Of a DNA stretch of 64,000 nt, positions 47,219 to 58,004 are shown piece after piece. The position numbers and the translations under genes were made by a program. The notes beneath the pieces are model-generated. The model saw only the letters and a list, made by a program, of their open reading frames with translations, made no database searches and was not told the origin of the DNA. The stretch is from Antedon mediterranea (lineage: Eukaryota; Animalia; Echinodermata), in NCBI RefSeq assembly GCF_964355755.1, contig NC_092671.1:9548001-9612000 (forward strand), written 5' to 3'. How positions within the stretch are numbered: the stretch's first letter is position 1; each line of letters begins with the position of its first letter.

Positions 47219-50200
47219 ATGCACTTGTGTTAAAAACAATCAACGGTTTTGCCTTGCTTTGCTTTGTCTGTATTATTAGTTAGTTAGTAAGTCTAATGAT
47301 TAGATAATGATTATAATTTGTTCGGAATGAAAGTCAAGTTAACATTAAAAGATGTTTGTATTTCTTCAGCTGATATCTTTGGCTTGGTGTGACGGAACCA
47401 TTTCTGTTCAGTTCATTGAATACAAAGGTAACCAGAAAGATTACAACGACAACAACTGTGATACTTTTGGTGGAAATTGTGACATTTTATTCAAAATATG
47501 TATGGGAAAGACAAGCAGGTAAAGAAACAGATTTAGCAGATACACAGAATGTTCCGGCTCTACAGAGGATCTCTTTACTGTATAGACTGTCTATAGAGCA
47601 GGAACAGTCCGTGTATCACCTTTTAGCAAAAGAAGTCAGTATAAGATAAGAATGCTATAACCTGACCTCAGTTAGAAACTTTTCACTCAAAAGGTGAATA
47701 AGGGTGCTAACGGATATGAATTTTACAGCTTTGGTGGAAACGATGATATAGGAACGTGTGATTACTGGTCCGGAGAAACTGGAGATATGGGAGATAGTGG
47801 ATCCATAACGTTTGGTTCAGATATGGCTGGAGTAGCCAATCCAATAAGTGATACAATAGACATCTACCAGGTAAGACTTCTGACTTATGACTCGGGCTTC
47901 ACGGTGTCTTAGTAGACCCAGATAAATACATTAACTTAATTAATAATGAATGAAAGACATCAATCATTAAACACAAATCTGGCAATATTTTTGGTAACTT
48001 TTAATAATAATAATATTTTTTCATTGAGCGGAAATAAAAATTAAAGTATTACTCAAAGAAGATTTGATTACTGATTCCTAAACCAGCCGAACTCTGGTAT
48101 TGTTCTTTAGTTTTTAACACGATGAGGCGGCTATAAATAACACATCTTTTTAGAAGATCTTTCGGGCTGAATAAGGCCTGCATAAATACTAAAATCAAAC
48201 AGAACAAACAGAAATTGAACAATTCATGGAAACAAACATTTTATTGAAGAATAGCAATAAAGTAGTACCATGGACCTCTATTTATAGGTCCATGGTAGTA
48301 GGCCCTACATTGACTTCTTGGTGACACGCACCAAATGAAGTAAAACAGAAGATCATTTTGAGACTAAAACCAGATTTTTAGAAAAGAAAATTAGTATTAC
48401 CTTTTCGTAAAATAATGGTTGTGTTACTCTTTCTATTTTAGGGAGAATTCCAAATAAAAATCGACGTCTATGATAGTGACAACAACGCAGATGATCTAGT
48501 GGATAAGTATCGTCAGGATGTTATCCAGACAGCAAATGGTATAGCCCAACAATATACTCTTACTGGTCAAAGGAGCCAAGACCAGACGACGTAAGATATA
48601 ACACGTTTATTTGCAAATTACTTTCTTACAGGTTGCTCTTTCTCTGTTTCCATCTTTGAGGCAATATTATTTTCTATAGGAAAAAGAGCCAAGAAGTGAG
48701 AAAAATATATGTCGTAGAACTTTAAAATTTCTTATTCGTTGCTCCTGGAACCAAGTGGAATGAGAGATCAATATATCTCTGGCACGCAGACACTGCCAGA
48801 CAAGTAGAATCGTGTCCACAAACTACTCCACGGGACATATAACTCATAATAAAACTAAACCCATTTAAGGGATAATGAATATTTACAGATATAGTTAAGA
48901 AGAGAGAGTATTTTATTTTACTGAATATTATTTGGGAGATAATGTCGTCTTATGGGAACAATCAACGAAACACTAAATGTACACACAAGCCAAACTAATC
49001 AGATAGTGACAGATTATGGTCTTCAATATCGTTTATCGACACTGCAGGCTAATGAATAACCCCCCAATTTCAATAAGATATATCATTATGTTAGTTTTTA
49101 AAATGTTGATTTGATTGTTACATCTTTAATTCTCAACAGGACTCTGGTGTCGGTTACAGTTACATGCAATGCAAACTTTTATAGCAGTGATTGTGGAACG
49201 TTCTGCATTTCTCAAGATTCAGACGCCGATGGCCACTACACATGCGACCAAACAACCGGTGCAAAGATATGCAACGCAGGCTACTCTGGATCAAATTGCA
49301 AGACTAACATTGACGAATGCGCAAGTTCACCATGCGAAAACGGGGCAACATGCAATGACGTTGTGAACGGGTATACATGCACATGTGCACCTGGTTTCGA
49401 CGGTACGATATGCTCGCTAGACATTGACGAATGTAACAGCTCTCCGTGCGAATTTGGAGGTACGTGCAATGATAAGGTAAACGGCTACGAATGTGACTGT
49501 ATGGCTGGCTATGAGGGTGACCGATGTAAGGTGGACATTGATGAATGTTTTTCGTCCCCGTGCTTGAATTCTGCCTCGTGTACTGATAATGTAAATGGAT
49601 ACTTGTGTACATGTGTTTCTGGATACGGAGGTGTACATTGTGAAACTGATATCGACGAATGTGAAAGCAGCCCATGCCAAAATGAAGCAGTCTGTACTGA
49701 CATGATTAATGGCTTTAACTGCACATGTGCAGATGGATATGAAGAAGACTTCTGCCAAACTAATATAGATGATTGTAAAAATCTCCCATGCCAGAACAAT
49801 GCCACGTGCTATGATGACATCGACAGTTTTCTATGCTTGTGTGCTTTTAGTTTCTTTGGAGAATTGTGTGAATTAGAAATAACTGATTGTTCAGGATCGC
49901 CGTGCAAAAATAGCGGTACTTGTGAAGAATCTAATTCTTCAATAGTCTGCCACTGTCCGTCAGGCTATATTGGTGATCTCTGTGAATGGGAAGATGACGA
50001 ATGCGAAAGTATGCCATGCCAAAATGGTGCGACCTGCAATGACATCATCGATGGATTTATCTGTTCGTGCGCACATGGCTACTTCGGTACGACATGCCAA
50101 GAAGAAATAGACGAATGTGATAGTTCTCCTTGTATGAACGGAGCAGAATGCATCGACATGATTGCTGATTTCCTTTGCAACTGTACTGAAGGTTATGAAG

Positions 50201-53200
50201 GCAATTACTGTGAGACAGATATTGACGAATGTATGTATTCAGAATGTCGTGGAAATTCAACATGTATTGATGGCATAGGTGGCTACTACTGCGAATGTGA
50301 GGCTGGATACGACGGTGACTTATGTGAATTTGAACTAAACGAATGTTTTAGTAACCCGTGTAGAAATGGCGCCAATTGTACAGACGGTATCGATTACTTC
50401 ACGTGCACATGCGAGCCTGGTTTTACGGGTATTTTATGTGAAAAAGACATCAACGAATGTAACTCCTTTCCTTGTTTAAACAATGGTACGTGTGTAGATA
50501 AGGTAAACTCATTTTCTTGTCAGTGTGCGCGCGGATGGGAAGGTACCGTCTGCGACATAAATCCAGACGACTGTCTGCAGTCACTTTGTACCAACAACTC
50601 AACATGTGTTGACGGTTTCGGTGAATACCTTTGTGAATGCGCTGTAGGCTACCAAGGACTTCTATGTGAACGTGACGAAGAGGAGTGCATAGAAAATCCC
50701 TGTCAAAATGGTGCCTCATGTGTCGAAGAATTCGGCGGGTTCCTGTGCGTTTGTCCTGAAGGTTTTGAGGGCGGACTATGTGAAGTAGACATCGATGACT
50801 GTGAAGTCGTACCATGTGAAAACAATGGGACATGCATAGACATGGTGATTATACTGATTTTCTCATTTGTGTAGATATAGCAACTAAGTCTGAAAAGGAT
50901 GGTGATGAGAAACTGTATGATCAATAATGAAATAAGCCTACTAAAAATAAAAATAATGATTTTTGCATTTTAGATAAACGGATATGAATGTTATTGCCCG
51001 GATGATTGGTACGGTAGCAACTGTACAACTTACATGCCAGACATGTGTAGGTATAACAACTGCACGAACAATTCCACTTGTCAAGGAGAGCTAGACGGAT
51101 TCATTTGTATCTGCTTACCTGGATTTGAAGGTAAGATCATTTTAAATATTATATCATCATAATGTAAGGCGCTTCATACTGCGGCGTTCTATATATAACA
51201 TTGACATTCATGTATAGGTGAACTGTGATTTATGATTTCAAGATTGTTTCCTATTTTTTAGGAGATTATTGTGAAGAAGATATCGATGAATGTTCTTCAA
51301 TACCCTGTAGAAATAATGGAACATGTACGGAGAGCATAGATTTGTACTCTTGTGAGTGCGTTAATGGCTTTATTGGGCGTGATTGTGGCATAAACGCAGA
51401 CGACTGTGTCGATGTAAAATGTCAAAATGATGGAATTTGTCGTGATCTGGTTGCTGACTTCACCTGTGATTGCGTACCAGGATTTGATGGAAGATTATGC
51501 GAAGTAAACGTTGATGAATGTGATAGTAATCCGTGTAAGAATAACGCAACATGCATCGACGCCGTGAACGGTTACAACTGTACATGCGCAGATGGGTTTC
51601 AAGGGCCCTATTGTGACGAAAATGTTGACGAATGTGTTTCGTCACCGTGTATACATGGAAACTGTACGGATAAAATAAATGGCTACGTGTGTGACTGCCT
51701 AGCTGGATTTTATGGCTTAAGTTGTGACATGGACATCGATGAATGTGCTTCGTCACCTTGTATCCATGGGAATTGTACTGATTACGTAAATGGTTACGAA
51801 TGTAACTGTGACTCTGGTTTTAATGGCATCAACTGTGAACTGAATATCAATGAATGCGCATCTTCACCTTGTGTCTACGGTGACTGTATCGACGACGTAG
51901 ACGAGTACGTATGTACCTGTGATGTTGGCTTTGAAGGAGTCAACTGCGGCATAGAAATCAACGAATGTGCTTCCTCACCTTGTATTTATGGCAACTGTAC
52001 TGATTTGGTCGGGGAATATTTTTGCAATTGCAGCGCTGGCTTTACTGGATCAAACTGTGAAGAAAACATCAATGACTGTGACGGTATTGACTGTAATAAT
52101 GGACAGTGCGTTGACGAGGTAGATGGCTTCATCTGCCAATGTCTGTCCGGATTTGTAGGAGAATTCTGTGACGTCAACGTTGATGAATGCTCATCAAATC
52201 CGTGTTTAAACAATGGAACATGCGAAGATGACATTGATAGCTTTTACTGCGTCTGCCCAATCACCTTTTTGGGAACCATGTGTGACCAGGACGTGGATGA
52301 ATGTGCAGTTGACAACCCTTGTCCTAATAACGCTGTTTGTAATAATACATTTGGCGCATTCATCTGTGTCTGTAACCCTGGCTACTCTGGAGAAAACTGT
52401 AAGACAGTCGATGATCAGTGTATACTTGAACCGTGTAAAAACGGTGGAACATGTGTAACTGAAAACAAACAATACAGGTACAGCATCAATTATTACCCAA
52501 GCTTTCAATTACATGCCACTACGATATTTGTATTCTCAAGTCCCTTGTCAAGACCTTTACAGTGGTGGAGAAGAATGGGAGAGGGCATAAATCGTAATAA
52601 GCACATTTATCATCACTTTTGCTGCTGCTGGTCTCAAGTTTGAAAAAAGCACTTCAAGAACATTTTACCCTCCTGCCTACAGATTCCACAATGTGTCCCT
52701 TACTAACACTAACTACATATACACAATTCTTACTATGGGCATGTTTTCCCGAGTTAAGAAACCAACGATCAAATGTACTATCAAACTTTCCAATATTATT
52801 TCAATATAGATGTGAATGTGGAAACGGGTTTGTAGGTACGGATTGTGACGTGATTTTCAATCCATGCAGTTCATCACCATGCTTCAACCAGGGAGAATGC
52901 AAAGAAACGGACGGTGGAAGTTATACCTGCTCCTGTGCTCAGGAATTTACCGGTGATCGTTGTGAAATAGGTAAGAGGGTATTATACAAATATTGACCAG
53001 GTTGAGGGGCATGGTTCTAATTATAGCCCAAAGCGATACTTCAAATTGAGGAATATTATAATATCCTGCAGATTACCGAGGGCTATAATTTGAACCATAT
53101 CGGGATATAAACGCATGTCAATATTTGTTTTATACCCCACATAAAAAATAGCTTATTATAATCCTACTCGTTTAGACCGTGTATTAAAACTGGCTGTTGA

Positions 53201-56200
53201 ACTTTTCATCAACACAATTGTTGAAATCGAGTATTCTCATTAGTTGATTGATGTTAATAAGAGCCACGTCACGCCCCTTATATTTAATGCGCGCTCTTTT
53301 AAAAAGAAAGGCTTAATTTTGGGAGGAAAATAGAAAAAAAAGACTGGAGAGTGGAGTTGAGGTTTGTGGGTAGGATGCTCGCCTCGGCTACCGAATCCCG
53401 GGTTCAAATCCTTTCTCATGCCAAAAAAGAGACTTGTTTGCTGGATTGCTGCCGGTACATTTAAAAGGAAAATATTTGCTTGTGGTTATCTATCTCTTTT
53501 CCACTAACCTCGTATGTTTCTCGTCATGATTGCATTTCATAATATTGTATCATTACTTTTAGTTTAAGAAATAATTTTGTTTTGCTTCTACCCAAATCTC
53601 TATCAAGCCGTTCATTATTTTGTTTGTTTTTCTGTTTTAGAAATCTCTACTTCGTCATATACATTTTTCTTGGCGGGAAGCGTATCAAATCAAAATGAGT
53701 TGGCAGACGATATCTCAGAAATATACAGCTACTCGTCACAGACAAATGACGAAATTAACGTTGAAATACTCTCTGTAGAAGAATATGTTTCTGTTGAAAC
53801 TGGGTAAGTTACCGTATGTGTAAAATTGTGATGATTGCTGAAACACTGCGAAGCTTGCCAATAATGATAAAGAGATGATGGGATCTGTAATTCATAAAAT
53901 ATCGAAGGTGACAAAGAATGTTTGATTGTAGGCCTAAGACGCAGTTCGATCATCATTTAGTATGTTAATGATAACAGAATTTATATACAACAGCCAGAAG
54001 AATAAATCTTTTAATTGAATTAATTGGAGTGGAGTGAACACAGATTCTTCACTCACGCGGCGAAGAAAATGTGAATAACGGATTATGATTAGGTCTACTA
54101 CAACCATTACACTTTTTCTACACTACTGCTATTGTATTGTCTTTCTCATCTTTAGAGAACCTGTCAGTAAAGTGCAATTCATAATAATTGTTAACAACAC
54201 TGCTCAATCTAGTGACGAAATCGAGTCAAAGGTGGCAGAAACACCACCGGAAGTCATTGAAGAAAGTTTGGGAGCAAATCTATTCACAGGAGAAGCGGTG
54301 CCAAAGGATGAATATACAGAAGATAAGGTATGGAACGCACACTAAAATACTGACTATTAACTACACTACCATAGCTACAATTGTCGTTGTTAATTTTTTT
54401 TTTTTTTTTGAGTATTTCCAAAGAAGTGAAACTGAAGTGCGCCACCTTCTTTAGGATAAAGTTGCCAAACTTGGGCAACATTACAAAGTGAAGCCATTGA
54501 GCCGTGACGGTGCTGACTAAATTTTACAAAGCATTCCACTACAGGATGTCAAATTATTAGATAATAGGCCTACCCTTTAATTTCTTTTATTTGTAATCTT
54601 TTTTAGGGATGGTTTGAAGAAAATTGGATTTGGTTAATGTTTCTAATTTTTGGGTTGTCAGCAGGAACGGTGTTTATTGCGATATTTGTTACCAGAAAAA
54701 ATAGGTACAGGTAACTAATAATAATTTTTATTCATTATACACATCAATGATTAATACAAAATGTACATTGTCCTATGGTATTATCATATGGATAAGTGTC
54801 CTGGGGGTAAATATTTTTTTTTTATTTATTATTTTTTTTTTATTCTCATTTTAGGCAAATTGCCAAGGATAACCACAAGTGAATTCATTCACTATCCTTC
54901 TCAAAGGTGGCAATCCCATTCACAAGACAAACATATACACAAGGTGCTCTACATAAACAAAGAGTGGAGTTATTAATTGTCATGAGAAAAAAACCCTGAC
55001 ATATGACAGGACTTGAACCCAGGACCCTTAGATTGGTAGCCAAGCATCATAACCACCAAGCTACATTATTCTAAAAAATCCAAATCATTCAAATAAAAAT
55101 AATAATAATAATAATAATAAGTTAAAATGTATTAGTCTTAACGATAGCAAATAATGACTTATATAAATCAAAGATTCCCTTCAGGTGGAATGGCATCCTG
55201 AGATGAGATCGCGTCTTCTTGTACTTAACAGTACAGTTTTTATTTTTGTAACGTTATTATTATTACAGGGAAAAAAATATCAAAGTATCGATTAATTTGA
55301 GATATGATTAGCGCTCACTGGCTAACCCCAGGGGCCCCGGAGCTTATGGGGGGGGGGGGGGCAGTGTTAATAGGAAAAAAAACAGGCATTAAAATATATA
55401 TGCCAAAAAGTCAAAAAACGCCCGAGGGCTTCAACGGTTAGAGGGCAACTTAAGTTTCCCAAACCAGGGTCTTCGAGCCTTTTTTGCGTTACGCCACTGG
55501 ATGATTATACATTATTATTCCCAATATACTGAAAAAAATACAATTCTCGTTGCATTATTTTCCGTTCACTCTAGATTCATGGTTTAACATTAATTTAATA
55601 AGTAAATTAAAAATGTTTCAGTTTATATTTAGATTTTTCTAAAACTTATATAGGCCTAAGTTGTTTTTAAGTGTGTTTGATTCAGTATGACACTGATATT
55701 GCCGTCATATTAATGAACAAATAAAATATATATATGCTTTTAGGATATAATATAAAAAATAAAATGCAGTTGGTTGTGAGGTTCGATTCATAAGGGAACC
55801 TAGCCGGCCCAATGCGCGCATACTGTACACAACCCACATGACGTTATTATAATACGTTAGTAGTTTTATTTGGGAGGAACCTTGCAGGCCCAATGCGTGC
55901 ATCACAACCCACACGAAGTTAATACGTTTGTAGTTTTATTTGGTTGGGACCTAGCCGGCCCAATGCGCACATCACAAGCCACACGACGTTAATACGTTAG
56001 TAGTTTTATTTAGGGGAAACCTAGCCGGCCCAATGCGCACATCACAAGCCACACGACGTTAAAACGTTAGTAGTTTTATTTGGTAGGAACCTAGCCGACC
56101 GAATGCGCACATCACGACCCACAACACGTTAATACGTTAGTAGTTTTATTTGGGAGGAACCTAGCCGGCCCAATGCGCACATCGCAACCCACACGACGTT

Positions 56201-58004
56201 AATACGTTAGTAGTTTTATTTGGGAGGAACCTAGCTGGTCCAATGCGCACATCGCAACCCACGTGAAATTAATACGTTAGTAGTTTTATTTGTTTCATAA
56301 TTTTATAACTTTACCGGAAACTAGCAACAATACATATCGGATTAATGAATACAATGACAAAGAATTTGTTGATTCGGTTACATGGGCAGCAAATGCTATT
56401 CTTCAACACCGGTAATCAAAGGAAAATATTTAATAACTGACGGGTGACGTGTTTAGCACGATTCACACGACTATAAAACCGGTGTAAACAACACACCCAA
56501 GTCGAGTTCATTGATTTAACGGTTTTAGAGTTCATAGGATATTAATATTATCTTGGCGTTATATAGTTTATGATTATATTTATTATAATTCAATTGTTTT
56601 GGGATTATTTTTAATAATTCCTTTCCGATACGCACCTATCGATCGATGATTGTATTTGGGGATTCATTTTAGAAATTTTCATTTTTTTAAAAACTATTGC
56701 CTCTTTTTAAGTCCGTGCTTAGGTCAATTACAAATTTGTTTTATTCCTTTTTGCATTTTTAATCCTTTTATCGTAAATGTACATATATGTTTGTATTGTT
56801 ATTTTATTGTTTTAGCAAGTTTTAAAGATTGTTGTTAACCTTTCATTTTTTATAAACAGGACCATATGTAAAACAGGTACTACATATACAATACCTTATA
56901 TGTTTTTATCCTGTATAAATATGTTTTTAAATTTTTTAAATAAATTAATTAAATTAATCGATTCGCACCTCTATCGAGGGAAAAGTCATTGTGCGCATTA
57001 TCAGAAACACGGCGCCAAATGCAAGCTCTGTATGTATCAAACTAGTTTGACAAAAAAAAGTGTGATGTGCCTAAATATGGTAGTAATATGCTTAAATGTG
57101 GTAGTGATACGACATCATCATGTCCATATAATATGGCCACATCACATTTTATTGTCACATAGTTTGATAGTGTAGACAAAGATTAGGTTGCTCATGCATA
57201 TACGGGTCGCCAACTGAAAGAAAATTTGCCTTTTTAAAAGAAGGATCATAAACAAAATATGATTTCATAATTCGATGGAGAAAGACTAAGTACCTTGAAC
57301 TAAGGTTCAAAATCCTACATTGTGAATTAAAAGTGTTATTGTTTGCGTGGGAACATAAGCGTCAAATAGTTCAATTAATCTGTATTATATAAAGCTCTGT
57401 CTACACTATAGTATCAAGGTTTGTGTGACAAAAAATGTGATGTGCCCATATATGGACATATCACTACCATATTTGGTCAAGTCAAACGCTAGTTTGTAGA
57501 CAGAGCTTAGGAAAAACCAATTTACATTGTAAAAATGCAATATGTTGATAGAAATATTGAGAAGGTAGCGAAAATAAATTAGATTTTGACATTATGATAT
57601 TGACTGCTTTCCTTCTCAGTGTATTTTAAACTGTTAAATTCTATTAACATAGGTAGGCCTACATGGTTTCATCCTGCCCACAACTTATCCATGTCTAGGC
57701 AAAATTATTATTATTTTTTTTAAATAAAAGGCATTTACCATTTATGAGATAAACCGAATAATAATAATAATACAATTTTTTTTTTGTCGACAGGTCTAAA
57801 GATGTTAGTGATGTACTTGATGATGACTACACGGACGGTGCACTAAACAGTGGTTTTAGCATGGCTGATGTACCAGTAGACAATCAAGAAACAAAGAAAA
57901 ATCACATAGAATTTAACAATCAGGCGTATGAAACGTCAGTCAATGAAATACTAAATGACGGTTATGCTGAAATAGACGAAAATAGATATGATAAAAGGGA
58001 ATAA
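47219..58004 (+). CDS. Non-canonical DSL/Notch-ligand-like type I membrane protein: SP, C2/MNNL-like, DSL, 27 EGF, juxtamembrane domain, TM, ~70-aa tail (~1460 aa)
   Basis: Exons 47370-47518, 47729-47870, 48442-48590, 49140-50844, 50974-51130, 51262-52477, 52810-52970, 53641-53803, 54156-54327, 54607-54710 and 57794-58004 are phase-consistent and open. The putative first exon 47219-47278 contains TAA at 47231. DSL: VTCNANFYSSDCGTFCISQDSDADGHYTCDQTTGAKICNAGYSGSNC. Repeats of DIDECxSxPCxNxxxCxDxVNGYxCxC. TM: WIWLMFLIFGLSAGTVFIAIFV then TRKNR. Start codon uncertain. Confidence 0.88.
48269..48294. mobile_element. 26-bp palindromic micro-MITE (P-element-like)
   Basis: CATGGACCT-CTATTTAT-AGGTCCATG flanked by GTAGTAC / GTAGTAG (7-bp TSD with 1 mismatch). 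CANRG termini. Confidence 0.55.
52986..53128. mobile_element. Nested inverted-repeat non-autonomous element, unclassified
   Basis: Outer pair ACAAATATTGAC / GTCAATATTTGT. Inner pair ATGGTTCTAATTATAGCCC / GGGCTATAATTTGAACCAT. Confidence 0.55.
54830..55064 (-). mobile_element. tRNA-derived SINE
   Basis: Minus-strand head GTAGCTTGGTGGTT (A-box) ... GGGTTCAAGTCC (B-box). The body and tail are shared with 33680-33745. Confidence 0.7.
55310..55499. mobile_element. hAT-like MITE, left end missing; same family as 59329-59519
   Basis: AGCGCTCACTGGCTAA...GGGGCCCCGGA...CTTATG body and GCGTTACGCCACTG terminus. Confidence 0.65.
55793..56291. repeat. 70-bp minisatellite, ~7 copies
   Basis: AATACGTTAGTAGTTTTATTT (with minor variants) recurs at exactly 70-bp spacing: 55851, 55921, 55991, 56061, 56131, 56201, 56271. 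Confidence 0.95.
57024..57183. mobile_element. Harbinger-type MITE, family A
   Basis: AGCTCTGT...TATCAAACTAGTTTGAC...AGTTTGATAGTGTAGACAAAGAT with the family-A core. Confidence 0.75.
57393..57507. mobile_element. Harbinger-type MITE, family A
   Basis: TAA-AGCTCTGTCTACACTAT...TGTAGACAGAGCT-TAG. Confidence 0.75.

Noticed and set aside
49169-52508. Many overlapping alternate-frame and antisense ORFs over the EGF exons
   Set aside because: Shadow ORFs of repetitive Cys-rich coding sequence, with no independent splice or domain evidence.
49111-52996. Calling the EGF gene Notch, Crumbs or fibropellin
   Set aside because: No LNR/ankyrin, laminin-G, CUB or avidin-like domain is seen, and a DSL domain precedes the EGFs.
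55793-56291. CRISPR-like regularly spaced repeats
   Set aside because: The whole 70-bp unit repeats with no unique spacers, there are no cas genes, and the context is a eukaryotic intron.
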